Position numbers and translations under genes: made by a program
DNA from: Alloascoidea hylecoeti
Lineage: Eukaryota
Assembly: GCA_001600815.1 (NCBI GenBank)
Contig: BCKZ01000003.1
Span: 1,523,912-1,587,911, forward strand
Direction of reading: 5' to 3'
Length of the DNA: 64,000 nt
The notes under the pieces: model-generated
The model's input: the letters and a program-made list of their open reading frames with translations, nothing else
Told to the model about the DNA's origin: nothing
Databases searched by the model: none
Shown here: positions 35,831 to 49,352 of the stretch, one piece after another
Layout of the letters: each line of letters opens with the position of its first letter
Numbering within the stretch: the first letter of the stretch is position 1

Positions 35831-36034
35831 TTTAATGGAAGTAGATTTGATTGTTTCGATGAACTTTCTTACATCCCATCATCTATTATGTAAGAAGTGA
35901 AAATACAAACAAACTGGGCTTATAATTTACAATAGTTTAGATAAAACTACTGGTATAGCTATTTCACATTTCTATTAATGTGATACTTTCCATGCCAATT
36001 GAACCCTATAGATAGCTATTATTAAGTCATTTCA

Positions 36035-36165
36035 CTTACTTTCGGCTACTTTATGCACTAACAAATCAACCAGTTTGTGGTCTAATTTTCAGCCATGCTG
36101 ACTAAAAACTTTCGACCGCTTGATGGACCAATATTCGCCCATTATATGAGCTAATTTTCACCCCT
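36035..36165 (-). repeat. Degenerate copy of the MITE terminal-repeat family
   Basis: TTTCGACCGCTTGATGGACCAATATTCGCCCATT resembles the left TIR ATATCGACCACTTATTGAGTTTTATATTCGCCCACA; further TTCGGCTA and TTCAGCCA units. Confidence 0.55.
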
Positions 36166-37538
36166 TAATTTTTAACTTCATGTATGACATTATTGATACT
36201 AGTATCTTTCCTCCGTGAAAAATATTTGTATGATTTTGTGAACTTGCAATTATATTGAAAATGATGTAGATCTATCGTTGAATCTTAGCGCACATTAGGC
36301 ACTTAGTGTTATACTCTTGAAGGTTTGTAATTGATTTTTGTTCACTCCACTCAATCAACAAGTCAAACCCTCAAGAGAAGAAGAATGTGTGAAATGCTCT
36401 TTTTGTGTTGTCTTTTGGGCAGTGGTAGGCTTTATTGACAACGTGTTGAGTTACTAATAGTGTTGGGTGCATAGATACCTAAATAGTGTATTTTAAATAT
36501 CTTTATTAACAATTGTCTATACTTAACTATGCTGATAATTGAATACAGAAGTGTTTGAGTGATATACACTAGTGCTTGTTTTCTATGTTCTCAATTATAT
36601 GGTCAATATTTAGTTTAGATTAGTGGCCATAGTCTCTGCTCCATACTCCTCTCGTGTGTTCATAGTCTGACGTCCCTTGGTGATAGATTTTCTATAGATT
36701 CCTCAAGGCACTTCCCGCACTCAGCTTATTACAGTATTATATAAAAATAGATGAGCAATCTGTATCATACACTCAAATATACTTGGAATGCTCGAAGCAT
36801 ACCATAGAGTTCACGTAGTTACTATAGGCCTATACTCATACACTTCAAATCTGGAGGATTAAAACTTTTGCTTTTTTATAGATGTGTTTTCCTTGATAAC
36901 TTTCGTTTTGTGAAGTCTCAATTTCCCCTCAGACTGTGCTTCACCGGTAGGGTTGTCTGTCAGTTATCACAATTCTATGTTGCGATCTCAAGATGAATAA
37001 CAATATTCCTTTATCACTGGTTGAAGCGGTTACAATATTAATATTTGTGGATACGTAACGATACTCTTCCAATCGATAAGAAGATTCCTAACGATATGAT
37101 GTTTAAATTAATGATTATAAAAAAAGAATGTAAAATTCATGCATATGGGGAATGTTCTATATGGACAATAATATTAGTACAAGCCTCGTCGGCTCCCTTT
37201 ATATCTTTCTAAGTTCGAAATTAAATACTATCATCATTAGGTAGAAAGTCATTATTACTAGTAAAAGACTATAAAAGCTTTTAGTTGTAAATATAATACT
37301 AATCTCTCTCTATAAACTTACATAGCTACAGTAAAGTTATGGATTTTACTATTTTTCAAAAAAGAAATGCAAAATTAAAAGCTATAGGGCTATATAATAT
37401 ATAAAATATAAGTTATATCCTTATAGTTATCATAACACAAAATTATGAGAAGAAATAAAATTAAATAAAAATTTATTGATATTAACAGTAGTTGAAATAA
37501 AAAGACAAAAAATTATGAGATATATCATAAGTTTATAA

Positions 37539-40500
37539 TTAATGTTCTAATGCTTGTAATCTGACTAATTCATAATATCTTAATTTATTATTCATCAATT
37601 GTTCATGAGTACCTTGTTCTAAAATCTTTCCATTTTCAAAAACATAAATTATATCTGCATGCTGAATAGTACTAAGTCGNTGAGCAACTGCAATTGTAGT
37701 TCTTCCTTNAGCNGCTGCATCAATAGCTTGTTGNACAATCTTTTCTGATTCAGAATCTAAAGCACTTGTTGCTTCATCTAATAATAAAATCTTGGGGTTN
37801 CTAATTAATGCTCTTGCAATTGCAATTCGTTGTTTTTGTCCACCTGATAATAATGTACCTTTTGAACCACACATTGTGTCATAACCATTTGGTAATGATA
37901 TAACAAAATCATGAATATTCGCTAATTTTGCAGCTTCAATGATTTCTTCTTCNCTAACTTCGTGATCGGTNCCTAAACTGATATTTTCTTTGATACTTCC
38001 AGAATATAAAATAGGTTCCTGTTGAACAAGAGAAATACATTTCCTATAATCATTAATGTTCAAAGTAGTAATATCTTCACCATCAAGTAAAACTTTACCN
38101 TNTAATGGATCATAAAATCTTTCAATTAAACCAATAGTTGTACTTTTACCACAACCAGAAGAACCAACTAATCCTACATATTGGCCTCTTTTAACTGTTA
38201 AATTTAATCCTCTTANAACTGGAACTTCTGTTCTTNTTGNATATCTAAAATGAACATTTTCAAATTCTATATCACCTTGGATTTCATTTGGTTCAATTCT
38301 TTTACCTTCATCTGAAGCAGTATCAATTTTTGGAGTATTTTTTAAAACTTTATAAACATTTTGAGTAGCTTGTTTTGCTTTACCAATACCAGGAGCAAAT
38401 GAAAATACAGCACCGGCAGCTTGTGCGCCGAAAATAACAGCAATGTAAGCAACGAAGTATTGAAATGCAGTAGATTTCCCTTCTCTCATTAAAGTTGCAC
38501 CATACCAAAATCCAAGACCCATAATCCATGGAACAACACTTTGTCCGACACCAAAGAGTAAACCAGATTTTACAACAGATATTGCAGATGATCTAACTTG
38601 CGCTCTAACGATATTACCATAAGTTTCCCAAACACCTTCTTGTCTTGTTAAAGCAGCAACTGTTCTAATTGAAGAAGTAGCTTCACAAGCATAGGAAGCA
38701 GATTTTTCATAAGCCTTTTTACTTCTTTCTTCTAAAAACCCAATAATATAAAATCGAATGAAACCACATCCAACAAGTAATGGAACAGTAGCAGTACAAA
38801 CAAGTCCTAATCTCCAATTAACAGNNATNGCTAANATAANACCAGCAAATAAAGTAACANAAGAACATAANATTTGAGCAATTGTNCCACCACCTAATCC
38901 TTCAACTTCTTGAGCATCTTTGGCGAGCATCGAGACTAAAGAACCAGAAGAATTTTCATCATGATCAAAAAATTCAATATCTTGACGAGTTAATTTTTTA
39001 AAAACTGCCAATCGAATATTTCGAACTAAATGTTCACTTGCATATGACATAAAGCTAACCATAACAACATAATTAACAAGTTCAATAATCGCCAACATGA
39101 ATAAAAACCAACAATATTTATTAACTTCACGTCTCATCCAAGGGTATTGATCTTCAGTAACAGATAAAGCATTAACAATTTTTGCAAATAAAACAGCCAA
39201 GGTAGGATAACCACCACCCCCAATAACAGCACAGATCATACCAACTATCATTTGTGGAGTTTCATCACGATTTAAACTATAAAGTAATTTCATTGATTGA
39301 ATAAGAGTTGGTTTGTCAAGTTCCTGGTTTACTTTGTTTTTCAAAATTTTACTAGAAATTGATTTTGTTGTGTGAACCTTCTCCAACACATTTTTTTCCA
39401 AATCAATATCTTCATTGGCACGATAAGTTGTTTCAGGATCATCTTGAAATTGATCACTTTCAATTTTTGTATCTAAATCATCATCTTCTTTAGTTGCATC
39501 TGAGTTCAAAATAGTTTGTGCTTCAACAAGTTCATAATAAGCGCCTTTTCTTGAAATTAATTCTTCATGTCTTCCTTGTTCAATAATTCTACCTTGAGTC
39601 ATAACAACAATTTTATCAGCATCTTTAATTGTCGATAATCTATGAGCAATAACAATAGTAGTTCTTGATTTTGAAGCTTTATCTAATGCATCTTGAACAA
39701 CTCCTTCAGATTTCGTATCTAATGCGGAAGTTGCTTCATCTAGTAACAAAATCTTTGGTTGTGATACAACAGCTCTTGCAATTGCAATTCTTTGTTTTTG
39801 ACCTCCAGACATTAAAAATCCACGTTCTCCAACATTTGTTTCTAATCCTTCTGGCATTTGATTTATAAAATCCCATGCATTTGCTTGTTTACATGCATCA
39901 ATAATTAATTCTCTTTTTGTTTCTTCTGAAGCATTTTCATGAACAGTGCCAATTAATCCATAAGAAATATTTTCATAAATTGTACATGAGAACAAAACAG
40001 GTTCTTGTGAAACTAATGCAATTTGTTGTCTTAACCATTTAACATTTAATGATTTAATATCATGACCATCAATTAAAANTTCACCATCNACAGGATCATA
40101 GAATCTTTCNAATAANCCAATAATTGTTGATTTACCGGAACCTGAAGTACCGACTAGAGCAACAGTTTCACCAGGATTAACTTTTAAATTCATATCATGT
40201 AAAACCGTGACATTTGGTCTTGAAGGATAAATNCANTTAACATGTTTTAATTCAATCTCACCTTTTAAACTATCATGATCAAATTTTAAGCCATCCTCAT
40301 AATTATCAGATATAACTGAAGGTATTCTATCAATAGTACCAAATATTTTATTTGCAGCACCCAAAGCAGTACCTATGGCTTGAAAACTTGGAGCAGCATG
40401 ACCCAGGGAGAAAGCACCAATAATGATAGCCATAACAGTAGTTATAACATCAGAAATACTAATGTCACCCCAAGCAATAAATCTAGATCCTTGCCAAAAG

Positions 40501-41492
40501 GCCAAAGCATAAGTTAGATACATTGAACACCAAACCATTGCGAGCATACCAGATAAAGAAACCCCCTTTCTAACACCCCAATATCTGGAAGTTACAATTT
40601 TTTCGTCATATTGACTTGCTAAATGATCTTGAGTACCAAAAGCAACAACATTTCTAATTGAAGAAAACACTTCTTCTGCAACAGAAGATGCTTCAGCATA
40701 GGTAACTAAACCCTTATTTGTATATTTCATTATGAAAAAAGAACTAACCATCATACTACCAAATATAGCAACAATACTACATACTAAAACACCAGCCATT
40801 TTAGCAGATTGAGTAAAACCGATTATAAAGGCGGAAATAAATCGAGCTATACCTTCAACAATTATACCCGCTTTTTCAGAGATACCATCTTGAATTAATC
40901 TTGTATCAGTACTAATTCTTTCTGTTACTTCACCAGCACCAATATCATCAAAGAATCCAATATTTTGGTGTAATACAGCATATAAATAATGTTGTCTGAC
41001 TCTACCAGTTAACATTTCTCCAATAATTACGTGTAAAATTGTATGTAAATAAGAAAATACACCAATACCAATACCTAGATAAAGGAAGTATAAGGTAAAA
41101 TGATTAACATCATGCTGAAACCCATCAGGATTATCATGGGTCGCCATGAAATCTGCCATTTTTTGAGTTAGTTGACCAACAACAATAGTCATTAAAGGTA
41201 GTAAAGCACCAGAAATAATTGAAGATAAATAAGCTGAAATTAACAGCACATAATCCCATATACCACTTTCGCCAATATAACAATATAAGGTCCTAATAGA
41301 AGCATGAAATTCAGGAGTTTCTACTTGACGACGTAATACTTCAGCTTCGTTGGGGGGTAAATCTTTAAAAGGGTCAATTTTTTCATCTTTTTTCACCGCA
41401 GATTTTGATTTTTTTGAGCTCGACACGAGGTCCGTGACTGAAGAAGATGAAGACTTCGACTTCCAAGACTTAGATGAAGGTAATGATACCAT
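37539..41492 (-). CDS. Full-length ABCB (MDR/P-glycoprotein, Pmd1/AtrD-like) ABC transporter
   Basis: TMD-NBD-TMD-NBD; Walker [10 protein letters not shown] and GSSGCGKST, signatures [14 protein letters not shown] and [25 protein letters not shown] twice; scattered N bases. Confidence 0.96.
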   Translation of the reverse strand: MVSLPSSKSWKSKSSSSSVTDLVSSSKKSKSAVKKDEKIDPFKDLPPNEAEVLRRQVETPEFHASIRTLYCYIGESGIWDYVLLISAYLSSIISGALLPLMTIVVGQLTQKMADFMATHDNPDGFQHDVNHFTLYFLYLGIGIGVFSYLHTILHVIIGEMLTGRVRQHYLYAVLHQNIGFFDDIGAGEVTERISTDTRLIQDGISEKAGIIVEGIARFISAFIIGFTQSAKMAGVLVCSIVAIFGSMMVSSFFIMKYTNKGLVTYAEASSVAEEVFSSIRNVVAFGTQDHLASQYDEKIVTSRYWGVRKGVSLSGMLAMVWCSMYLTYALAFWQGSRFIAWGDISISDVITTVMAIIIGAFSLGHAAPSFQAIGTALGAANKIFGTIDRIPSVISDNYEDGLKFDHDSLKGEIELKHVXXIYPSRPNVTVLHDMNLKVNPGETVALVGTSGSGKSTIIXLXERFYDPXDGEXLIDGHDIKSLNVKWLRQQIALVSQEPVLFSCTIYENISYGLIGTVHENASEETKRELIIDACKQANAWDFINQMPEGLETNVGERGFLMSGGQKQRIAIARAVVSQPKILLLDEATSALDTKSEGVVQDALDKASKSRTTIVIAHRLSTIKDADKIVVMTQGRIIEQGRHEELISRKGAYYELVEAQTILNSDATKEDDDLDTKIESDQFQDDPETTYRANEDIDLEKNVLEKVHTTKSISSKILKNKVNQELDKPTLIQSMKLLYSLNRDETPQMIVGMICAVIGGGGYPTLAVLFAKIVNALSVTEDQYPWMRREVNKYCWFLFMLAIIELVNYVVMVSFMSYASEHLVRNIRLAVFKKLTRQDIEFFDHDENSSGSLVSMLAKDAQEVEGLGGXTIAQXLCSXVTLFAGXXLXXXVNWRLGLVCTATVPLLVGCGFIRFYIIGFLEERSKKAYEKSASYACEATSSIRTVAALTRQEGVWETYGNIVRAQVRSSAISVVKSGLLFGVGQSVVPWIMGLGFWYGATLMREGKSTAFQYFVAYIAVIFGAQAAGAVFSFAPGIGKAKQATQNVYKVLKNTPKIDTASDEGKRIEPNEIQGDIEFENVHFRYXXRTEVPVXRGLNLTVKRGQYVGLVGSSGCGKSTTIGLIERFYDPLXGKVLLDGEDITTLNINDYRKCISLVQQEPILYSGSIKENISLXTDHEVXEEEIIEAAKLANIHDFVISLPNGYDTMCGSKGTLLSGGQKQRIAIARALIXNPKILLLDEATSALDSESEKIXQQAIDAXAXGRTTIAVAXRLSTIQHADIIYVFENGKILEQGTHEQLMNNKLRYYELVRLQALEH

Positions 41493-41649
41493 ATTAAAAA
41501 TGATTCTGTGTTGAAGAAGAAAAAAGAAGGAATAAATTTCTTCTTATATTTATAGTTGGAGGTCTTAGCCGTGTTGTTACCAAAAAAAATACCGTTATTT
41601 CCGTCGAGTACGAGACTTAAATTCTGAGCTTTTGGTGGCGAATGCCGAT

Positions 41650-41910
41650 TAATATGAAAAAGAATGATATACATGATAGTAACTCTAGCTCAAAATAGTA
41701 TGAACTATTTAAAAGATCAGGGTGAATGAATGGTGGATATATATGCATCAATGTGTTAAACCGGCCAAGTTTAAACCAGAGACTTAAATATTTTGTACTA
41801 CCCTTTTTTTTCCATCCACAATTTATAATAAATTGCCGAAATATTAATATTATAAAAAATAAACTTAATGTATTTTGATTAAGACAACAATCATATCCTA
41901 CTGTTTTCAT
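41650..41910 (-). pseudogene. Internally deleted, diverged fragment of the neighbouring cyclin gene
   Basis: KTVGYDCCLNQNTLSL..II..FRQFIINCGW..KG...LSLWFKLG and PDLLNSSYYFELELLSCISF match cyclin KAIGYNCKFDQNTISLSFIIFQQFIINYDW..KG...LNLWFKFG and PDLLNSLYYFELELLSSISF, with ~60 intervening codons missing. Confidence 0.88.
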
Positions 41911-42529
41911 TCATATTGAAAATATTACACCGTTAGGGTATAACTTTATTTCTCTCAGAAACACAACAAACTTTATCTGAGTATCTCATCAAAATCTTAA
42001 TCACTTTTAACCATTGGAAATAGGAACAACGACTCAGTTAACTACAGAGAAAATTAATGTTTCGTTCATTTGGTAGGCATAGGCCATACATGTGCTGAAC
42101 CCGGTTTTTTAATGAAGCCACGGGCGCTAAACAACATCTATGCATAGGTGAGGAAATACATAATTCTTATAAATAATTTTCCAAAAACTAAGACATCGTG
42201 TATATTATCATTGATAATCTGATCGACTCCAAGCCAGGTAGGGTGGCCACCATCTATGGCGTTAAGGGTGCAAACACTACATACTAGTTTTGAAAAATTA
42301 TTTTATATAGATTAATGTAATCTCTTGAATCCACGGAATACTATGCACGATTTTAACAACAATTTAAGGCTTTGTAGGGTACTCAGGAGCTGATTATAAT
42401 ATTGCCATTTTTATTTGGAGTGGTATCCAAATAAGGGCACAACTTTTTTAGCCGAATGTATTAACAAGTATTTAGTTTATAAGTATAGATGGCCTGAAAC
42501 TTGTGTAAGTTAGCTAATCATTTAAATCG

Positions 42530-42655
42530 GTATGGTCGAATATTCAGTGAATGATGTGGTCTAATATTAGCTTAAGTCGTGGCCGAATTAATAAAATCTT
42601 CTTTGAAATTGGTAATAGACTGCCCAAAAATTGGCCGATATTGACGCAAAACTCT
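42530..42655 (+). repeat. Degenerate copy of the MITE terminal-repeat family
   Basis: TGGTCGAATATT, TGGTCTAATATT, TGGCCGAATTA and TGGCCGATATT units, the first three ~23 bp apart. Confidence 0.55.
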
Positions 42656-43004
42656 CATGTCGTGCGAGTGTTAACCTTAAATACAATTATAACAATATCA
42701 TATTACGGGATAAGCTTTTCATTACATACCATGTTACAGTTAAACTAACCACAAATCGTTCAAATAATTATTTGTTTTGCAATGTGTTTGAGAATAAAAT
42801 CATATATGCAAAATATGCGTGCAACAATAGAAGTGTGGTGTATTAAAGTTATGATTATATTAATTAAGTTTGTGGAAAAGGTATGATCACAACATTATGA
42901 CAAAACTTTTATAATAACTGTTGGATATAAATCGTTTAATATATAAATGCATTTAAGTACCATTGTTGTGATTCCTTTTGATCTTTGCAATTTTAACAAT
43001 TAAG

Positions 43005-44055
43005 ATGAAACACCAATTCGAGTGTACATCAGCTTGAATTTAGACGTGAACTTGGATCAAAAAACTATAGCTGCAACAGCAAATGAATCAAGAGGGCTGC
43101 TTCTAATTCTGGAGATGTTAATGGGAATCCTCCTCAAAAGATTACTGTTGAAATCGATACTGGCTCGACTGATTCATGAATTCTTTCTAAAGGAGCTACG
43201 ATTGGTGATAATCCAAACAATTTAAGTTTTGATACTTTTGATAAATCGTTATCCAGTACTTATAAACATATTTCAGATGAATTTTATATAGAGTATGCGG
43301 ATGAGACTAACGCAACAGGCGAGTTGTTTAAAGATGATGTATCTATTGCTGGACAAACAGTTAAAGGTTTCATCTTAGGATTATCAAAGAACAACTTTCG
43401 TGTGATGCTTTTTCTCTCTTTGAATTCTACTAATTCCTCCACAGGAAGTCTTATCTTTGGTGGAGTTGATAGTAATTTATTTACAAGAAATTTATATACA
43501 AGAAATTTATATACTCTCCCGTTAGTTTCCCACCCCCGAGTTTGGGTACCAATTTAGACAGCATTAGTTTTGATGAGAAAACTATTTCAGTTAAACAAAA
43601 CACCTTTTTAGATTCTGGTACTACTCTTACTTCTCTACCACTTTCTATCGTGTTGCCAATATTAGAATCTGTTGGATTAAACCACACTCCTGGGGAGTAG
43701 ATCACGCTCGAATTCATTTTAGCAAACGATCAAAGAATTGTCGAATTTAACCTCGGGTGTGCTACTATCAAAATCAGACCTCGTGATTCCAATAGAATTC
43801 GATGATCGTGGGATTGATTCTAGATGTTATTTTGGGCTTCAGTCAAATGATAAAAGCAAGAGGGTAACTTTACTAGGTAATACCTTTTTAAGATCAGCCT
43901 ATCTTGTTTATGATATGGACAGTCTACAGGTTGCAATTGCTTAGTCTAATCTTTCGGCAGTTGCCACTGATTCCAATATTCAGGTTATTCCCTCAGGAAG
44001 AAATGTAGTCCCTGGAGCCAATAAATGCCCCTCTAGTTTTTCATTTAACTTTTGA
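43005..44055 (+). pseudogene. Yapsin/Sap/Bar1-like aspartic protease pseudogene
   Basis: Across frameshifts and stops: GNPPQKITVEIDTGS (Asp at 43156), FDKSLSSTY, FYIEYAD, GSLIFGGVD, FLDSGTTLT (Asp at 43611), LLGNTFLRSAYLVYDMDSLQVAIA*. Confidence 0.9.
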
Positions 44056-44129
44056 TGTAACTTTATAGCTTATAGAAGAAAATTAAGACACGAGTGAAAT
44101 TATAATATAGTACCATAATGATAGCTGTA

Positions 44130-45120
44130 AACCTATTCAATTCGAACATCAAATGTTGTTNATGCAACGTTCACTTCCTCAAAATCCACATTTTTAACCG
44201 TCCTAATAGGTGGTAAAATAATATTGTTATTCTCTAGGGTTTCCTGATGATCAGAAGATTCATTCAAAAAAAATGTGAAAATTCTTAGGATTAGTGTTTC
44301 CGGAGAGTGCAACATCGAATTCACCTATAATACGGCACCTACTATATTAAGCATTTGACCGGAAATCGAGTTCTAACAAAACGAAAACTACAATCTTAAA
44401 CTTCAGCTTACTTTCCATGTCATATGAAAACCTATACTTAAGCTAAGGAATACAAAAAACGTTAACATTTCGAAACCTTCTTCCGCTCCTGTAACTAATT
44501 TACAGATCAAGAACGATCTTAAATATTCCAATAAAAGTATTCCGGATTAATAAAACCTTTGGAAGAAATAAGGTTGTAAAGTAGCATTGACGTTAACGGA
44601 ATACCGACTTTGAAGTGGATTGTGCGGAGCTGTGATAAGTGATACACCTGTAATTGGATCTTGTTTCTACTTTCGGAAATTTGAATCTTATCTGACAGAC
44701 GATCCAACATTCAAATGATCAGCGTTCTTATTATTGGGTGTCAAGTTCCAACATGCAAATATCTTGAGCTTTTTGATCTCGTCCCAAAAGGAAAACATAT
44801 AATCCTGAAAACCCACTCCCTACTTTCGGTCTTCAGCCTGGAAAGCTCATGCGATTCAGCGGGATTATTACCGACCCATACGATGCGCTTTATCAGCTGT
44901 GTATTACCGAACAACCTAGAGATAATAGCAGAAAAAACATCATCTTCTGGCCATCCAACTTTAATCTGTCCCTGCAACCATTTCCAAAATAACCTGCCGA
45001 AGTATCCAAAAAGTTAACCTGCCCAACGGTTCATGATCACAACTATCCTCGGAAAACTGTCTTTGCTTATTCGATAAAGCCAACCGGTATCTTTATCATC
45101 TAGTTCTTGTTGGATGGTTG
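44130..45120 (-). mobile_element. Possible Ty3/gypsy gag-protease relic
   Basis: In order on the minus strand: gag-like WPEDDVFSAIISRLFGN / FWDEIKK, then VKCLI.GA (degraded LIDSGA?) near 44340..44360, then LPPIR near 44205..44215. Each motif alone is weak. Confidence 0.35.
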
Positions 45121-47714
45121 ATTGAGAGTAAAGAATCTACTTATTTTTTTATATAATAACATTACATAACCACATATATTAATAATATTGTATACAATTA
45201 GATGTAATATTGTCATTAGTCAATAATATACAGTGTATGTTATAATTATTTGTAAGAAGGCTCACTAGATAGTAGATATAATACGCTGATAGATAACGGT
45301 AATTATAACTCTGTTATAATTGGTTCAGCAATATTCACGATCGATGTACAATCTTCAATTGCAAATTTAAAGGTTAAGAGGGGAATCATCAATATTGTTT
45401 TCAATATATTAATGATCAGGAACGAATTTAAAGCCGTGATACCATAGCACATCGATATCTGCATAGGGAAGTTGATTATTACAAAAGAAATTTGCCGAAT
45501 ATCGATCATGACTTTTATGTAAACGGTTTGAATGGTTTATGAATAGCATATTTAATTATAAATAATATAATATCCTTTTTGTGCTATATCGTTATATAGT
45601 TACCATGCACCCTACCGCAAGAGTTGTTTGTTGTACTGAGTAAAAAGTGTGAACTAATTCTCAGTTCATCTCAATTATAGTTGAAGTCGGTTGAACTTGG
45701 TTCGTATTCCGAGCTAGCTTGTGGAATTGTGTTGATATCAGCTGTGAATGGCACTATAATATAATGTCATCATAGCCATGGTTACTTAATTCAAATCGGG
45801 TTTCAAATTTCAGAGGTGTATATCGAAAAGTATCATAGCGGGTAGCAATACCTTTTGTTCAAACTTTCGAAAATCGGATCTTCAACAGGGCCATGCTTCA
45901 ATCCACAAATTAAAGATCCAGGAGGAAAATCAGATGGAATCACTTTGTTGGCCCGTAAAATCTCCAGATCAGAATACCATCCAAAAGCATGTGATACAAG
46001 CACAAAATTGATGTAAGAAACAGGCACCCAGTGCGTATAATGATGGGTGATCTCAAAAAGGTCAAGAATCGTCTTTCAGAAATATTTCCGAAGTTATGGG
46101 ATTGACGAGATCAATCAAAAGGATTCACTAGATAGTAGTCTAATAGATATTGATAGATGGGCATACGGGACTTTGCAATTGTAAATTAAGCCTTATCATC
46201 CAGGTTTTCTTTATCATCGAGAAGGAGGTGGGTTGGAAACTGACTGGTAACCGAGCGGTTCGAATTAAAAAGCAATACAAACAAATTTTGAATATACCTG
46301 CAAATGGATGAATACATTTTCATCATTAATTTTTTGAGCACATCGATATCTATATGGGAGGTAACAGTTTGTCCTAATGATCTAGAACCGGTAATAGAAA
46401 ATTCCCGTAATGTTGAACATGTATGATACCTATCGTAGTGTATAAGAAGTTGTTTTTAGGGGAGTTTAGCAGAGTTGAAATAGCTGCAAGACAAGCAGAG
46501 TGAATAGTGTGGCTTCTTTTTGTGAGGAATCAATCTGCTTCACAGGCATTAACTATTATAATACATTACGGTAGAATTCACCCACATTTCTCATCCGACT
46601 GTACTGAATACTGAAGATGCCTGAAAGAATGGTGGTGTTAATGAAGCTGGCTGAGGCACACTTATTGACTTTAATATTATGATATTATGTACATAACGTA
46701 TTGTGAAAGAGAGGATCCATATCTAAAGTATTTTACTAGCTTAAAAGATTACCTGCAATCCGTAAATTGAATCAAATTTAGTGTTGCTGTATATTTGGGT
46801 GCACGGATTTTTAACATAGGGAACTGTATACGGTATTCCTTTATTACTGACCAGTTAAAACAGTAACATTTAATTTATGATATATATGCTCTTAAAAAAT
46901 ATGAAGAAATTCTTTACGATGTAATGTTTAAATCAACAAGAAAATAACGTGACACAATTATGATCTATCATCATTAATCAAATTTGGTATTTATATCTTT
47001 ATAAGGTCCAAAATTAATACCATCATCATTGGGAGTGGGAGGTTTTGTTACTACTATAAGTTATTTTGTATTAGTTTTCTAAAAATCAGATTTAATAATC
47101 TAGCTTAAATGTAGTCATACTTTTAAAAGAAAATAATGTATGGAAAAGAAAAATGTTTTATGAGTCGTATGACGGTCTAACCTACATTTTAATCATTTCA
47201 ACGTTCATTTTGCTAAGTTAACGAATCTTTTGTCCCGAGTTCCGATATCGATATTAACCATAAACACTGTCTAATATGGATTAAGGAGAAATGCCCTTGT
47301 GACTTGTAAAGCCGACATCGGTTTATAGCTACTTGCTCCATGCAATTGTTTCAAATAAATGGCAGGGCTTATAAAGATCTCAAACTTCAGGCAGTTAATA
47401 TTAATAATGCAATATCAATAGACAGCCTTTTGCGAGTGCGGATTTGAAAATCTTTTATATATAGAAGGCTTAATTTCTTCTTTGATTTGCAAAACGTTAT
47501 TGAGGAAAGCGATGAACAACAATGAACACTTAGTTGAACAGTTCCATGGTCAGTTTCAGGTTTAAATATTAAAGTTACACTATTTCTTGAAGCTTATAGG
47601 TCTGTAAAAAGACTCTACATGCAAGTAAAACCCAAACAGTTTAAAATTAAATTAAAGCTAAAATATTCACAAAGTTCATTCAAATGTCATATATTTATGA
47701 TTTCCAAAGTTCAC

Positions 47715-49352
47715 TCAACTTTCATCTTTATGATCTGAGTGATCTTCTTCTTTGATATTAACAATTTCACCCTTTTCATCAGCATATTCATTGTCTCTTC
47801 CAATTTTATTTACAGCGGATACATCGGGACATAACTTATTACCCTTTCTACCAACTAAATACCATGGAAGATTGAATATATCTTCCATACTTTCTAAACT
47901 TCTACCTGATAATTCTGGCAAGAAGAACCAAACCCAAACAAGACCTATAGCAGTAATAACAGCAAAGAATAGCAGGGCTCCCCATTTATGCATTTCAAGT
48001 AGCATAGTTGGAACAGCCTTTGTATTACCAAACTGATTAACATAATGAATACACATAACAATAGAACAAGCAGTACTTCTAACTCTTAAAGGGAACATTT
48101 CTGAATTGATCAAGTATTGAATAGAATTCCAACCAAGAGCCCAACCACAACCACTAAGATAAATCATTACCAGAGCACCTTTACCAGCATGTTTTTCAGA
48201 TAATGTTTGAGCACCAGTATCTGCGGCATTTGGAACAACAGCTAGATATATACAAAGATAAAGAATTGCTATAAATTGCAATGAAATACCACAGTATAAT
48301 GATTTTCGTCTTCCAATTAAATCAATTAAGAAAAATGCACAACATAAAGAACTAACAAATTTAACAACACCTAAGATAGCTGTCATTAACAATTTATTCT
48401 TTGTTCCTGTAAGGCCAACCATTTTAAAGAAAGTTGGTGCATAAATCGTAACAGCATTTGGACCTGACCATTGGGATAATAATTGAGAAAATATACCCAA
48501 GAATATTCTATACCTGTTTGACTTTAAGCAGAACAACTCTTTAATCAATGTTATGATCGAAGAGTCTTTTAATTCTTCTCGTTCTTTTTCTAACTGATTG
48601 ACAATATCACCAATTTCACTTTGAATATATGGATCACCCTTCGGTAGACGACGAATTACACTCATATTATGAATGGCCTTTTCCTGTTTCCCTACCTTAA
48701 TCAACCATCTAGGGCTTTCGAAAATAAAAAATGATCCGCATAATAACACACCACCTAATATTATATGAACACTGGTTGGGATAACCCATTGATTCCTATT
48801 TGTATCAGATATATGACTAATTGCTCCATAATTTGCAAAATACCCAAGCATAATACCTAGATAAACAGATCCTGAATAGACACAAGTACACAACCCTCTA
48901 ATATTTTTAGGTGATATTTCAGAAAGATAAGTTGGTCCAACGACAGGAGTTTGTCCTATACCTAAGCCAGCAATGAATCTACCCGCATATAACTGTCCAA
49001 TATCATTTGATGTTATTTGAATTACGACACCAACAATCCAAAGCACACATAACAATTGTAATGATCTGAGCCTACCTATTATATCGACGATAAAGAATGA
49101 AATTATAGAACCAGCAACACAACCAATTTGTACCATGGATGTAATATTAGAGAGTCTGTCAGCTAAATATGAGTCTGATTTTGTCTCATCATCTAACTTA
49201 AAGAGCGTCCTGAAACTTGGTTGATTTGTTGAGGCAGAAATGTTACCTTCATCATACCCACCAGCTGCTCCTAAAAGGCCATAAACTATAACAGCGAATA
49301 AAAGTCTCCTATTAAATATCTCAGGAGGGCTATTGTCTTTGTTTAACCACAT
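47715..49352 (-). CDS. MFS sugar-porter family transporter, quinate permease-like
   Basis: PPEIFN, GYDEG, DIIGR, AGRFIAGLGIG, YLSEISPKNIRG, ESPRWL, QWSGPNAVTIYAP, IDLIGRRKSL, INSEMFPLRVR, PELSGRSLE. Confidence 0.92.
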   Translation of the reverse strand: MWLNKDNSPPEIFNRRLLFAVIVYGLLGAAGGYDEGNISASTNQPSFRTLFKLDDETKSDSYLADRLSNITSMVQIGCVAGSIISFFIVDIIGRLRSLQLLCVLWIVGVVIQITSNDIGQLYAGRFIAGLGIGQTPVVGPTYLSEISPKNIRGLCTCVYSGSVYLGIMLGYFANYGAISHISDTNRNQWVIPTSVHIILGGVLLCGSFFIFESPRWLIKVGKQEKAIHNMSVIRRLPKGDPYIQSEIGDIVNQLEKEREELKDSSIITLIKELFCLKSNRYRIFLGIFSQLLSQWSGPNAVTIYAPTFFKMVGLTGTKNKLLMTAILGVVKFVSSLCCAFFLIDLIGRRKSLYCGISLQFIAILYLCIYLAVVPNAADTGAQTLSEKHAGKGALVMIYLSGCGWALGWNSIQYLINSEMFPLRVRSTACSIVMCIHYVNQFGNTKAVPTMLLEMHKWGALLFFAVITAIGLVWVWFFLPELSGRSLESMEDIFNLPWYLVGRKGNKLCPDVSAVNKIGRDNEYADEKGEIVNIKEEDHSDHKDES

